DNA of 64,000 nucleotides from contig JADHTG010000010.1 in the NCBI GenBank assembly GCA_016776505.1, positions 1,727 through 65,726 of the forward strand, in the 5' to 3' direction. Within the stretch, counting starts at the first letter, position 1; each line of letters opens with the position of its first letter. Made by a program: the position numbers and the translations under genes. The DNA is from Bacteroidota bacterium. GTDB lineage: Bacteria; Bacteroidota; Bacteroidia; CAILMK01; JAAYUY01. The notes beneath the pieces are model-generated. The model had not been told where the DNA came from and did no database searches. It was given only the letters and a program-made list of their open reading frames with translations. Of the stretch, positions 49,547 through 60,700 are shown piece by piece.

Positions 49547-50548
49547 TTAAATCCCTTTCGACCACATTTTCAGGCTGTCTTTTAATTCCTGGATGGCAGT
49601 CTCCATATTTGACTTGCTTTCACCCCCGGCAGCATTCACATGCCCTCCACCATTGAAATATTTTTCCGCCAATTCATTAACTGGAAAATCATCTTTTGAC
49701 CGGAAAGAGAACTTAATGAAGTCAGCGTGTTCGACCAAAATGACGGAAATATTTACATGTTTAATACTCATTGGAAAATTTACCAGGTTTTCAGTATCAG
49801 AAGCTTTCGTTCCAAATTTTAAAAAATCTTCTTTTGTAATCGGGATGAAGGCTGCATTGAATTCTTCCAGAATTTCCATTTTTTCTGTCACACAATGACC
49901 CCAGAAACGCAGTCTGCGCTCTGTAAAATTATCATATACATCTCTCTGAATTTGGCTGTGATCGATTCCGGATGCCAACAGCTTTGATGCAATCCCGAAT
50001 GTTTTTTCAGTAACCGCAGGAAAGCGAAAGGAGCCACTGTCTGAAATGATCGCTGCATACAGGCAACTTGCAATTTTCTGATCTTTCAGTGCATTTTTAT
50101 CAATCGCTTCAATTAGGTCAAAAACAGCTTCGCCCGCTGCACAATAGGCCGTATTCCAAACACTGAAAGCAAATCCATTTGCAGGATTTGGATGGTGGTC
50201 GATCAGCATTTTAGCAACATTTAATTCATTAAGATATTTCCCTAATTCAGCATTTCTTTTCAAATCATTAAAATCAACTGCAATAATTAAGTCAGCACCT
50301 TCTAAAAACTGCTTGATCCGGCTTTGTTTATGAGGAAAAATCAGAGCTTCTTCAATTCCGGGAAACCATTTGTGAAAATCGGGAAACATGGATGGAAAGG
50401 AAAGCATAGCGTAATGACCCTGCAAGCGAAGAAAATGAAATAATGCCAGTGAAGATCCAACAGCGTCCCCGTCCGGCCTCACATGGGTGGTAATAAATAC
50501 TTTTTTCCTCTTGTTAAAAAATTCAATAATTTTTGGATCTATTGTCAT
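49547..50548 (-). CDS. nrnA: DHH/DHHA1 phosphoesterase NrnA-like (bifunctional oligoribonuclease / pAp phosphatase)
   Basis: DHH motif ITTHVRPDGDAVGS and DHHA1 C-terminus GGGHVNAAGG. Confidence 0.75.
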   Translation of the reverse strand: MTIDPKIIEFFNKRKKVFITTHVRPDGDAVGSSLALFHFLRLQGHYAMLSFPSMFPDFHKWFPGIEEALIFPHKQSRIKQFLEGADLIIAVDFNDLKRNAELGKYLNELNVAKMLIDHHPNPANGFAFSVWNTAYCAAGEAVFDLIEAIDKNALKDQKIASCLYAAIISDSGSFRFPAVTEKTFGIASKLLASGIDHSQIQRDVYDNFTERRLRFWGHCVTEKMEILEEFNAAFIPITKEDFLKFGTKASDTENLVNFPMSIKHVNISVILVEHADFIKFSFRSKDDFPVNELAEKYFNGGGHVNAAGGESKSNMETAIQELKDSLKMWSKGI

Positions 50549-50966
50549 TTTTAGTCCTTTTTTTTGTGAAGAAATCTTTCAAAACCTGGATGCACTCTTC
50601 CTTCATAATTCCGGCTTTTATTTTCACTTTTGGGTGAATTAATTTCGGTTTGTACAACTGGTAGCCTTTTTTAGGATCATTCGCTCCAAAAACCAGGGTT
50701 TCAATTTGTGCAGCATTAATTGCTGCAGCGCACATTGCACATGGTTCAAGTGTTACATAAAGTGTACAGTTTTTCAAGTATTTTGATCCCAGATGATTGG
50801 AAGCGGCTGATAAAGCAATGATTTCAGCATGTGCAGTTATATCATGAAGTTTTTCGATTTGATTATGTCCACGGCCAATGATCCTTTTATTGACAACCAA
50901 CACGGCCCCAATTGGAACTTCCCCCTCCTCACTAGCTACACCTGCCTCTTCCAAAGCTTTGTTCAT
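50523..50966 (-). CDS. tadA: tRNA adenosine(34) deaminase
   Basis: HAEIIAL and PCAMCAAAI zinc-binding motifs. Confidence 0.85.
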   Translation of the reverse strand: MNKALEEAGVASEEGEVPIGAVLVVNKRIIGRGHNQIEKLHDITAHAEIIALSAASNHLGSKYLKNCTLYVTLEPCAMCAAAINAAQIETLVFGANDPKKGYQLYKPKLIHPKVKIKAGIMKEECIQVLKDFFTKKRTKNDNRSKNY

Positions 50967-51087
50967 GAAATATTCATCTGAAAATGGGGTTGAAATCATA
51001 GAATTAGTTTATCGCTTTAGCATTAATCATTATGGGATTTGTAAAGATAGAACTAAATTTGTCAATTCAATAGCATAAAATCATTCA

Positions 51088-52935
51088 ATGAATAGACTTC
51101 ACTTATTAATTAGCCTGAGCGCGTTAGCTTGTTATCTGCTCATTCCCAGTATTAATCAGGCTCAAAATTATGAACAAAAAGAGCAAAGCCAAGAATACAT
51201 TCGAGAAATTGTTCATGAAAAACTCAGGATTAAACCTGAACAATTAGGAAGTTTTATCGAGACTGAAAGAATCTGGAAAAACGGCAAATCTCATTTCAGG
51301 CGTTCTGCTGGTATTGAAACTCAAATCACCGACACCTCCATTGCCGAATCTGAAGTGCATGCAGCCCTAAATCCTATGGATTCAAACAACATTGTACTAA
51401 GCCCTATCCGGCTCATCCCTTTTGGTGGTTATACTTTGCCCATTTTTTACAGCAAGGATTTTGGCAAAAGCTGGAATGAAAGTGCCTATAATGCCCGCCC
51501 AAATGACCAAAATGCAACTGTTATAGGCGGAGGAGATCCTGTTTTTGCTTTTGATGCGAATGGCAAATTATACTTTAGCTGGATCAGCCTCTACCGAACA
51601 AGCGCAACTTCTTATCATTGGTCTCTGCTTTGGACCTATTCGGAAGATGGCGGAAATACCTGGTTAACAACCGATTCTAATTATATATGTCATTCTTCCG
51701 GGACATCCCTTTTTACACTAACAACCATTTCAGATAAACAGTGGATGGATACTGATCAGAGCAATGGCTCTTATCATGGGAACCTTTATGTATCTTATCT
51801 GAAAGCAAATATGCAAAGCGGAAAAATCCGGATTGTAGTTCATCGAAAGCAAGCAGACAGTACAGAGTTTGATCTAGACCCGGTTGAAATTTCAGATGCT
51901 TCTTTCTCCGGAGTTCAGTTCAGCAATGTGGCTGTTGATCTGAATGGTTATGTCCATGTGACATTTTGTGATGATATGAGATCTCTTTGGCATTCTGTTT
52001 CTAAAGATGGAGGAGTAAGTTACAGTTCACCTGTATTGATAAGCAACTTCCTGCTGCCTGATGCCATCACCGGCATAAAAAGTCCACCATTAAATAATTC
52101 ACGATTATACCCTGCACCCTATATAGCAATTGACAAAAGCAATTCTTTGCATTCGGGAAATATTTATATTACCTGGACTGCAAAGGGAATCACCACTGAT
52201 GAGAATTCCGGCTCAGATGTTTATTTTTCAACATCAACGGATGGGGGAAGCACCTGGACCACTCCCATACTGGTGAATGATGATGAAAGAAATGTCGCAA
52301 AAGATCAATTTTATTCCAATATTTATGTAAACGAAAATGGAGTAGTGGTGATAGGTTGGTATGATAGCAGGCACTCCATCTCCAATGAAAATAATGAAAT
52401 CACTCAATATTACCTCGCTTATTCCTTCGATGGAGGACAATCGTTCACCACCAATGTAAATGTAAGTTCCGCATTTACTGATTTTCGGAGTATTGGAAGT
52501 AAAAACAATTTGTTTGGTATCGGCGAATACAACCAGGTTTTAGCAAGCAGTGCTTATGCCATTCCTGTTTGGGCCGATGGAAGAAAAGGAAATGGCGATT
52601 TAGATGTGTATGTGGCATTTTCAGAATTAGAACATAACCCTCAGAGTATCGCAGAAATAAGTAAAGTGGATGGAAAATTTTCACTGAATCACTTAAGTCA
52701 AAACCCCGCAAATGATATTTTGACTATCAATTACACCTTGTTTGAAGCATCAAGGGTGCAGTTCAGCATGATCTCTTCAGATGGCAAAATAGTCCATAAA
52801 CAGAACGAGATGCTCAAAAATGCCTCCGATCATAATTTAAGTTTAGATACCAGATCCTTGCCTCCTGGAACCTTCATTTTACTTTTTGATACTGAATTTG
52901 GTAGAATTTCTCAAAAATTTACTATAAAGCGATAA
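51088..52935 (+). CDS. Secreted BNR-repeat (sialidase-fold beta-propeller) protein with C-terminal T9SS sorting domain
   Basis: Signal peptide. Asp-boxes SKDFGKSW, SEDGGNTW, SKDGGVSY, STDGGSTW, SFDGGQSF. C-terminal ...ILTINYTLFEASRVQFSMISSDGKIVH...GTFILLF. Confidence 0.7.
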   Translation: MNRLHLLISLSALACYLLIPSINQAQNYEQKEQSQEYIREIVHEKLRIKPEQLGSFIETERIWKNGKSHFRRSAGIETQITDTSIAESEVHAALNPMDSNNIVLSPIRLIPFGGYTLPIFYSKDFGKSWNESAYNARPNDQNATVIGGGDPVFAFDANGKLYFSWISLYRTSATSYHWSLLWTYSEDGGNTWLTTDSNYICHSSGTSLFTLTTISDKQWMDTDQSNGSYHGNLYVSYLKANMQSGKIRIVVHRKQADSTEFDLDPVEISDASFSGVQFSNVAVDLNGYVHVTFCDDMRSLWHSVSKDGGVSYSSPVLISNFLLPDAITGIKSPPLNNSRLYPAPYIAIDKSNSLHSGNIYITWTAKGITTDENSGSDVYFSTSTDGGSTWTTPILVNDDERNVAKDQFYSNIYVNENGVVVIGWYDSRHSISNENNEITQYYLAYSFDGGQSFTTNVNVSSAFTDFRSIGSKNNLFGIGEYNQVLASSAYAIPVWADGRKGNGDLDVYVAFSELEHNPQSIAEISKVDGKFSLNHLSQNPANDILTINYTLFEASRVQFSMISSDGKIVHKQNEMLKNASDHNLSLDTRSLPPGTFILLFDTEFGRISQKFTIKR

Positions 52936-53045
52936 ATTTGCACCCTTTATCAAAATGGACAATTTTGGAATACTAATTGAGAAAGTATTAAATTCAAATT
53001 CGTGAACTTATAAAATTCACACAAAAACTGTTATAGATTATACTT

Positions 53046-55976
53046 ATGAAAAAATTTGCCTTCATCATTTCTGGAATTATTATTTACACCAGCCTGTTTG
53101 CTCAATATAAAAAAGTCGAAATCCCGGAAAATAAAGAAAATCAAAAAGAATTCGGCTTTACAAAAATTTCAAATGAGAAGTACCTCCTGGATAATGGGCT
53201 GGTCGTTCTTATAAATGAAGATCATTCCGATCCGGTTGTCAGCCTTCATTTTCTTCATCAATTAGGTTCATCTGCCAGCTATTCAGATCGAACGGTTAGC
53301 ATGTATTTGATGGCCTACTTGCTTTACGAATCGAATGGCCTTATTGATTCTGATTTTTATACCCAATATGGCGGGAGTTATAAATGGGGTATTCAGATCG
53401 ATAAAACCATGTGCGAAATTACCATCCCTTCTGACTTATTTGAATCTGCTCTAGCCAGGGAATCAAAACGCTTATTTGAATTCATTCCAAGTCAGTCTCA
53501 AATCCATTTTCAAAGTACCGTTGAAACTATTGTTCAGCAAGAAATGAACAAACAATTTAATGACGGCCTTGAAAATGCAAAAATTTATTCGAGGAGAGCA
53601 CTTTATCCTTTTTCTCATCCCTATTCATGGCAGGTAACGGGTACTACTGAACATTACCAATCAGCTGAACTTTTCGACATACAAAAATTCTATTCCGATT
53701 GGATTGGAGCCAATAATATGATACTGGCAGTGTCGGGAGATATCGAAGCAGAAGAGGCTGTGAATTTGGTTTCGGACTATTTTGGAAAGTTCAGTGCTGC
53801 AATCAATCCAGCTGACCAAGTAGGTACGCAAATAGATTTGATGAACAGTTCCGGAATTAATCTATTAACAGAAAACCGTTATATCACGAATTTTCTCCAA
53901 AATACAGAAATAAAAACTCCTGTACTTCGCATGGTTTATCCAACTTTGCCAAAATATACGCAAGAAAGTGTTGCACTGGAATTAGCCGCACTCTTCCTTG
54001 AAGATGGGAAAAGCGGGAGTTTATCTAAATTGTTATACTCAGCCAATCTTGCTGAAAATGTGCATGTTTATCATGAAAGCTACCGTTTTGGGGGTGAATT
54101 TGTAATTGAGATCATTGCGAAACCAGGTGTTAGCCTGAAAACCATAAAAGATACAGTTGAATACTCCATTCGTAACAGTTTTCTTCTGCCCCAGCACGAT
54201 GAACAATTGAAAATCAAAGATGGTGACCTGGAGTCCATCAGAAAAAGTTTCGAAAAACGACAATTTGAAGTTGAGCGGAATTTACAAACAATGGCATCAT
54301 TTGAAATTCTGAAACTTTTATCCGGACTGGAAATGAGCGCCAAAAAAGCAAAATTACTTGCAGCATACGAGTTCTACTTAAAAAATCCAAATAGTCTTTC
54401 AGACGAAATATTTAGTATTGGGACTTCGAATGCATCCAAAATATTTGAAGTTAGCGAGCAATTTATTGTTGACAAACCTGCCGTTGTAGTCAGTGTATTG
54501 CCCAAGGGAGAAGCTGTATTAAAAGCGGGAATAGACAACCATAAAATTCATAAGCTGGAATCAGTTGTTCAGCCAACAACTGCCGAGGAAATCGCTAATC
54601 TGAAATTCCCAACTGCGGTTTCAGATAAATCCAAATTGAGAAGAATTCCGGTTTATCCTTTCCCTGTTTTTACATCGAAAAAACTTGAGAATGGCCTGAA
54701 ATATATGATCTCATCCGATAGTGAAAGTCCTTTTTTCAGTTTAGTGCTTATGATTGATTTTAACAACATTCGTACTTTACTTGAAAATCCACTAACACCT
54801 TCGATCGTTGTGGGCATATTCAGAGAATATATCAACGAGTTCATGAATGGTGAAATTATTTCCCAATTGAAACAAACCAATAGTACCATTGATTTTAAAT
54901 TCATGAACAATCATCTTTTCATCGAAGTTGAATCCGCTCCCCATAATATCAATTTTATAAAGGAGATCTTGCGGGAGATGGTGTTATCCAATCAACCCAT
55001 AATCGCTGACATGGAAAGAGTGGTCAATAACATACAGGGCGAAAACACCAATCCTTCATTGGATGCGCATCAATTATTTTCTTCCTTTTTTATGAATAGA
55101 TTATTCCCCGTTGAAAACATGCTCCAGGATGTGTTCATCACTAAAAGGGATGAATTATTGACCCTTTCTTTTAGATTAATGGACCGCATTCCTTTTTTAT
55201 TAGATCCAAACGAGAGCAAGCTTTTTATAACCGGAAATGCTCCGGAAGGACAGATTTCTGATTTAATTGAACATTTCAGGCAATGGCAGTCTGTACCAAC
55301 AGGTGATGTGATTGCCCAAATTCCGGGAGATACAATGCCTTTTGAAAAACATTTATATTATACTGAATTCAAGCAAAACGATAAGGCAACTATACTTATC
55401 AATTATCTTAACCTTGCTGTTGATGATGTTGAAAACACGAGGGCTGGATATGTTAACTACATGCTGGGAATTAAGAATGGTTTATTGAAAAATTATTTAG
55501 CCGCTACAACGGATATCAATGATTTTGGTTCTTATGATAAAATCACCGGAAATGTTCATTCATATTACTTAAAATTCAATACAACAAACGAAAACACCAG
55601 CATTCGAATACAAGAAATACTTAAGCAGATTAATGATTTAGCCCTTGTAAAAACAGACAAAAAGAAAATAAAGATTTTTGCAGGACAATATCTCCGCCTG
55701 GAAGACTGCAAATATGAATCAAGCCATTCAAAGGCCATTTTATTAAATATAATCGATATTGAAAAGCGCTCGGAAGATTATTTTGTAATGAAAAACAAAA
55801 TCGTTAAAAAGACGAAAGGCGGAAAACTCAAAAAATTTGTTTCCAAAAATATCAAAGAGGATGAATTTCAGATTTTTGTAATGGGCAATTCGGAGAAGCT
55901 TTATGATCAATTTAAAGATGCACATTTAGGTCCGGTAACTGAGCTAAACACAGCAGGTAAGGTGGTCAGCAAATAA
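53046..55976 (+). CDS. Secreted fused double M16 (insulinase-fold) homolog, predicted non-catalytic: HxxEH zinc motif absent in both halves
   Basis: M16-like N-terminus GLVVLINEDHSDPVVSLHFL..., but the expected HFLEHM position reads MYLMAYLLYES. Second half also lacks HxxEH. Confidence 0.5.
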   Translation: MKKFAFIISGIIIYTSLFAQYKKVEIPENKENQKEFGFTKISNEKYLLDNGLVVLINEDHSDPVVSLHFLHQLGSSASYSDRTVSMYLMAYLLYESNGLIDSDFYTQYGGSYKWGIQIDKTMCEITIPSDLFESALARESKRLFEFIPSQSQIHFQSTVETIVQQEMNKQFNDGLENAKIYSRRALYPFSHPYSWQVTGTTEHYQSAELFDIQKFYSDWIGANNMILAVSGDIEAEEAVNLVSDYFGKFSAAINPADQVGTQIDLMNSSGINLLTENRYITNFLQNTEIKTPVLRMVYPTLPKYTQESVALELAALFLEDGKSGSLSKLLYSANLAENVHVYHESYRFGGEFVIEIIAKPGVSLKTIKDTVEYSIRNSFLLPQHDEQLKIKDGDLESIRKSFEKRQFEVERNLQTMASFEILKLLSGLEMSAKKAKLLAAYEFYLKNPNSLSDEIFSIGTSNASKIFEVSEQFIVDKPAVVVSVLPKGEAVLKAGIDNHKIHKLESVVQPTTAEEIANLKFPTAVSDKSKLRRIPVYPFPVFTSKKLENGLKYMISSDSESPFFSLVLMIDFNNIRTLLENPLTPSIVVGIFREYINEFMNGEIISQLKQTNSTIDFKFMNNHLFIEVESAPHNINFIKEILREMVLSNQPIIADMERVVNNIQGENTNPSLDAHQLFSSFFMNRLFPVENMLQDVFITKRDELLTLSFRLMDRIPFLLDPNESKLFITGNAPEGQISDLIEHFRQWQSVPTGDVIAQIPGDTMPFEKHLYYTEFKQNDKATILINYLNLAVDDVENTRAGYVNYMLGIKNGLLKNYLAATTDINDFGSYDKITGNVHSYYLKFNTTNENTSIRIQEILKQINDLALVKTDKKKIKIFAGQYLRLEDCKYESSHSKAILLNIIDIEKRSEDYFVMKNKIVKKTKGGKLKKFVSKNIKEDEFQIFVMGNSEKLYDQFKDAHLGPVTELNTAGKVVSK

Positions 55977-55986
55977 TTTTAAATAA

Positions 55987-58032
55987 ATGCACAAGCATAT
56001 GGCAAAAAATAAATTCTTCATTTTATTTACTTTAATCCTGCTTTCCTCATCCAGTATTTTCTCCCAGGTACTTAAACCAGTGAAATGGGAATGGGAGATA
56101 AAGGAAGTGGTTAATGATCAATACGAATTGATTTTCAAAGCTACCATTGATGATAAATGGCATTTGTATTCACAATATATTGGTACTGATGATCCGGAAG
56201 CTATCACTCCTATCCCTACTTCTTTTGTTTTCGAGGAAAATCCTGATGTTGAATTTATCGGAAAGATGGAAGAAATTTCAGAAGTGCTATCAGACTATGA
56301 TCCGAACTTTGAAATGGTCCTTAAATCATTCGTTCAAGAAGCCATTTTTGTTCAGAAAATAAAAGTTAAGAATGTCACCAAACTCACAGGATACCTGGAG
56401 TTTATGACTTGTGACGACAAACAGTGCCTGGCTCCCACAGAAATAGATTTTGAATTTGACTTTGCATTCATCACTGCTCAGCAAGAATTGGCCAATACAG
56501 TAATCCCTACAACAGAAGCACCCAGTAAAACGGATTGGGCTTTTATTTTTTTAGCTTTCCTGGGTGGCCTGGCTGCATTGATAACGCCCTGTGTTTTTCC
56601 AATGATTCCAATGACCGTTTCTTTCTTTATGCATGGCCATGATGAAAAGCGGAAAGGTGTGCGAAATGCCTTCATTTTCGGACTCTCAATTATTGCTATT
56701 TATACTGTAATTGGTTCAGTCGTTGCGATACTTTTCGGAGCTGATTTCGCTAACTGGTTGAGCACTCATTGGATTCCTAATGTCCTTTTCTTCCTTATTT
56801 TCGTCATTTTTGCAGCCTCGTTCTTTGGCATGTTTGAAATTACTCTGCCGAGCTGGATGATCTCAAAATCTGATCAAAGGGCCGATCAGGGCGGATGGTC
56901 AGGTGCATTTTTCATGGCTTTAACCACTGTATTGGTTTCTTTCTCCTGCACAGGCCCAATCGTAGGTGCATTGTTGGTGGAATCGGTAGAAGGAGAAATT
57001 CTAAAGCCTGTGCTGGGAATGCTTGCTTTCGGGATAGCATTTGCCATCCCATTTACACTTTTTGCGATTTTCCCACATTGGCTTGCAAACATGCCAAAGT
57101 CGGGAGGTTGGTTGAATACAGTTAAAGTGGTCCTGGGTTTCCTGGAACTGGCACTCGGTCTGAAGTTCTTATCCATTGCTGATCAAACCTATCATTGGGG
57201 AATTCTGGACAGGGAAGTCTACCTGGCGCTCTGGATTATTATTTTCACTCTGTTGGGATTTTATTTATTGGGCAAACTTAAATTCTCTCATGATTCAGAT
57301 TTGCCTTTTTTAAATGTACCCAGGTTGATGCTGGCTATTGTCACATTCTCATTTGTCATCTATTTAATACCCGGAATGTTTGGTGCTCCATTAAAGGCAT
57401 TATCAGGTTATCTGCCTCCCCAGCATACACACGATTTTGATCTTAACGACATCATTCGGGATAATGCAGAAATGATATTGTCTGAAAATAAAGAAACTGA
57501 TGGTGCAGATCATAAACAGGAAATGTGTGAAAAACCTAAATACGGTGATTTCCTGCATCTGCCTCATGGATTGCAGGGTTACTTTGATTACGAGCAGGGA
57601 TTAGCCTGTGCAAAAGAACAGGGAAAGCCTGTATTTATTGACTTTACTGGTCATGGCTGTGTGAATTGCCGTGAAATGGAAGCAAGTGTATGGTCTGATC
57701 CGCGGGTTTTAAAAATGCTGAGAGAAGATTTTGTAGTCATTGCGCTTTATGTGGATGATAAAAAGAAATTACCTGAAAATGAATGGTTCGTTTCAGATTA
57801 TGACGGTAAAACAAAAAAAACCATTGGAAGGAAATATGCTGATTTCCAAATCAATAGATTCGGTATTAACGCTCAGCCTTATTATGTTATATTGAATCAT
57901 GAAGAAAAACAGCTGGTTCCTGCTCATGCTTATAATAAAGATATTTTGAAATTTTTAGATTTCCTCCAAAATGGGCTTAAGAAGTTTAAAGCACAACAAA
58001 TTCCGGAAGCTGGTTTTTCATTAGGTAATTAA
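55987..58032 (+). CDS. dsbD: Thiol:disulfide interchange protein DsbD (N-terminal DsbD-alpha domain, CcdA-like TM core, C-terminal thioredoxin domain)
   Basis: TM-core cysteines (FSCTGP), C-terminal thioredoxin CxxC ([11 protein letters not shown]), 681 aa. Confidence 0.85.
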   Translation: MHKHMAKNKFFILFTLILLSSSSIFSQVLKPVKWEWEIKEVVNDQYELIFKATIDDKWHLYSQYIGTDDPEAITPIPTSFVFEENPDVEFIGKMEEISEVLSDYDPNFEMVLKSFVQEAIFVQKIKVKNVTKLTGYLEFMTCDDKQCLAPTEIDFEFDFAFITAQQELANTVIPTTEAPSKTDWAFIFLAFLGGLAALITPCVFPMIPMTVSFFMHGHDEKRKGVRNAFIFGLSIIAIYTVIGSVVAILFGADFANWLSTHWIPNVLFFLIFVIFAASFFGMFEITLPSWMISKSDQRADQGGWSGAFFMALTTVLVSFSCTGPIVGALLVESVEGEILKPVLGMLAFGIAFAIPFTLFAIFPHWLANMPKSGGWLNTVKVVLGFLELALGLKFLSIADQTYHWGILDREVYLALWIIIFTLLGFYLLGKLKFSHDSDLPFLNVPRLMLAIVTFSFVIYLIPGMFGAPLKALSGYLPPQHTHDFDLNDIIRDNAEMILSENKETDGADHKQEMCEKPKYGDFLHLPHGLQGYFDYEQGLACAKEQGKPVFIDFTGHGCVNCREMEASVWSDPRVLKMLREDFVVIALYVDDKKKLPENEWFVSDYDGKTKKTIGRKYADFQINRFGINAQPYYVILNHEEKQLVPAHAYNKDILKFLDFLQNGLKKFKAQQIPEAGFSLGN

Positions 58033-58033
58033 G

Positions 58034-58606
58034 ATGGACGAAATAAAAAAACAACTTTTAGAAGCCAGGGATCTATTGGATGAATTTTTGTCAAATGATA
58101 AAAATCTAAGACAAATTCAGTTAGCTGGTGAACTGTTGGTGGATTGTATCAACAATGAAAACAAAGTCATCTCCTGTGGAAATGGCGGATCAATGGCTGA
58201 TGCCATGCACTTTGCCGAAGAACTGACCGGGCGTTTCAGGGAAGACAGGAACCCGGTTCCTGCCCTTGCTATTTCCGATCCTTCGCACCTGACATGCGTG
58301 GCCAATGATTACGGATTTGACCAGGTATTTTCCCGATACATTGAAGCAGTTGGAAAAAAAGATGATTTACTCCTGGCTATCAGTACCAGTGGAAACTCTA
58401 AGAATGTACTCAATGCCATAGATACTGCCCGATCTAAAAAAATGAAAACCATTGGTCTGACCGGTAATGATGGAGGCATGATGTCTTCCTTGTGTGATAT
58501 TGAAATCCGTGTGCCATACACAGGCTATTCTGATCGTATTCAGGAAATTCATATCAAAATATTACATCTCCTGATAGAATATCTTGAGCGTAAACTTTGG
58601 TTATAA
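58034..58606 (+). CDS. gmhA: D-sedoheptulose-7-phosphate isomerase (SIS domain)
   Basis: [20 protein letters not shown], the GmhA signature. Starts 2 nt after the dsbD stop. Confidence 0.85.
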   Translation: MDEIKKQLLEARDLLDEFLSNDKNLRQIQLAGELLVDCINNENKVISCGNGGSMADAMHFAEELTGRFREDRNPVPALAISDPSHLTCVANDYGFDQVFSRYIEAVGKKDDLLLAISTSGNSKNVLNAIDTARSKKMKTIGLTGNDGGMMSSLCDIEIRVPYTGYSDRIQEIHIKILHLLIEYLERKLWL

Positions 58607-58699
58607 GTGTCAGGAAGACTTTTTACAAGGATTTAATTTCTGATGAATTCAGTGCTTAACTACTGCTCAGATTTTAATACTTTTGTATAAAATTATGCT

Positions 58700-60064
58700 A
58701 TGGCAAAATCCACCACCCCAAAAGGATTTCGTGATTTTAATCCACTGGAAACCAGCAGGAGAAGCTATATTTTCAATACCATTGAGAAAATCTTCCAGCT
58801 TTATGGATACCAGGCAATTGAAACACCTGCCATGGAGAACCTCAGCACACTCACTGGAAAATATGGCGAGGAAGGAGATAAATTGCTTTTCAAGGTATTG
58901 AATTCAGGTGATTTTTTAGGAAAACTAAGCGAAGGCGAAATAGCATCTGGAAAGTCCACTAAAATTAGCGATAAAATTGCAGAAAAAGGATTGAGATATG
59001 ATCTCACCGTTCCATTTGCCAGGTATGTTGTTGAGCATTTCAACGAAATAACTTTCCCGTTTAAACGCTACCAAATCCAGCCGGTTTGGCGTGCAGATCG
59101 TCCACAGAAAGGCCGATACCGTGAATTTTACCAGTGCGATGTTGATGTCATTGGTTCAGATTCTCTCCTAAATGAAGTAGAGCTTATCCAAATAATCTGT
59201 GATGTTTTTAACAAACTTCATATAGATATTACCATCAAACTCAATCACAGGAAAGTCCTTTTAGGCATCATGGAAGGAATAGGAGAGGCAGATAAATTCA
59301 ATGAAATAACAGGAATTATTGATAAACTGCATAAAGTTGGAATTGATCAGGTTGAGAAGGAACTCATTGCAAAAAAACTGAATGCAGTAGCTGTTGAGCA
59401 GTTAAAATCATTGCTTACTCTCAAGAATCATTCAAACAAAGAAAAACTTAAAGTACTGAACCGCATAGCTGGTAATACCAAAAGCGGAGCAAATGGAATA
59501 GAGGAATTAATGCTGATCTTGAATTCCCTGGAATCATCCGGCAGTAAGATCCCTGTGGATATTGACATGGCTCTTGCCCGCGGATTGAATTATTACACAG
59601 GCACCATCATTGAAGTGATTGCCCGGGATGTGAAGATAGGAAGTATCTGTGGTGGCGGTCGATATGATGACCTGACGGGAATCTTTGGTCTGCCAGATGT
59701 ATCTGGTGTAGGTGTTTCATTTGGTGCTGATCGCATTTATGATGTGCTCCTTGAATTAGGGCAGTTTCCAGAAGATAATATGCTTGCTACCCAATTATTA
59801 TTTGTCAATTTTGGTGAAAAAGAAGCAACACATTGTTTGCCTTTGATACAAGCTGTCAGAAAAGCCGGAATAAGTTCAGAACTCTATCCTGAAAATGTTA
59901 AATTGAAGAAACAAATGTCTTATGCAGACAAACTCCATATTCCTTTTGTGGTTATGATAGGTGAGGATGAAATTAAAACGGGATTATTTACAATGAAAAA
60001 TATGAAAAGCGGGGAGCAGCAAAAACTGGATTTAGAAGGAATAATCAATGAGATCAACACATGA
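58700..60064 (+). CDS. hisS: Histidine--tRNA ligase
   Basis: Class-II aaRS motifs, HisRS-type architecture with C-terminal anticodon-binding domain, 454 aa. Confidence 0.95.
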   Translation: MAKSTTPKGFRDFNPLETSRRSYIFNTIEKIFQLYGYQAIETPAMENLSTLTGKYGEEGDKLLFKVLNSGDFLGKLSEGEIASGKSTKISDKIAEKGLRYDLTVPFARYVVEHFNEITFPFKRYQIQPVWRADRPQKGRYREFYQCDVDVIGSDSLLNEVELIQIICDVFNKLHIDITIKLNHRKVLLGIMEGIGEADKFNEITGIIDKLHKVGIDQVEKELIAKKLNAVAVEQLKSLLTLKNHSNKEKLKVLNRIAGNTKSGANGIEELMLILNSLESSGSKIPVDIDMALARGLNYYTGTIIEVIARDVKIGSICGGGRYDDLTGIFGLPDVSGVGVSFGADRIYDVLLELGQFPEDNMLATQLLFVNFGEKEATHCLPLIQAVRKAGISSELYPENVKLKKQMSYADKLHIPFVVMIGEDEIKTGLFTMKNMKSGEQQKLDLEGIINEINT

Positions 60065-60678
60065 CGCAGATGTCACTCGAACCCCTTGATCAGTTTCTTC
60101 CGCCTTCCACCAGATCCTATATTGAGGATTTGATCCTTCATCAAAACCTGCTTGTTCATGTGACCAAGCCACGGAAAAGCAGGCATGGATCATTCAGAGG
60201 CGGAAATAAGAAAAAAGCATCGGTTATTAATATTTCTGGAGCACTCAATCCTTATGCCTTTATCATTACACTGATCCATGAAATAGCCCACCTCAAAACA
60301 TGGCAACTTCATGGACGAAAAGTTTCTCCCCATGGCAGTGAATGGAAAAATATTTTTTCTAAGCTGATGCACCCCTTGATGCAGAATGGGATATTTCCCG
60401 ATGAATTAAGACAGCTTCTTGCTAAACATATGTTGAATCCCAAAGCCTCGAGCAGCAGTGATGTCGAACTCAGTCGTTTGCTAAAAGAATATGATAAAAA
60501 AATACCCGAGCTGCCATTTATTGAAGATATTCCCATGAACTCTGTATTCGAATGGCGAAATGGGAGATTATTTCAAAAGAAGGAGAAATTACGGAAAAGA
60601 TATAAGTGTATTGAACTAAAAACGAACAGAGTATACCTGTTTAATCCACTTGCAGAGGTAAAAGTGGTTCGGAACTAA
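60061..60678 (+). CDS. SprT-like zinc metalloprotease-domain protein
   Basis: LIHEIAHLKTWQLHG...HGSEWKNIFSKLM (HExxH plus HG.EW). ATGA start/stop overlap with hisS. Confidence 0.65.
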   Translation: MTQMSLEPLDQFLPPSTRSYIEDLILHQNLLVHVTKPRKSRHGSFRGGNKKKASVINISGALNPYAFIITLIHEIAHLKTWQLHGRKVSPHGSEWKNIFSKLMHPLMQNGIFPDELRQLLAKHMLNPKASSSSDVELSRLLKEYDKKIPELPFIEDIPMNSVFEWRNGRLFQKKEKLRKRYKCIELKTNRVYLFNPLAEVKVVRN

Positions 60679-60700
60679 ATTTGCAATTTAGCATAAGCAT

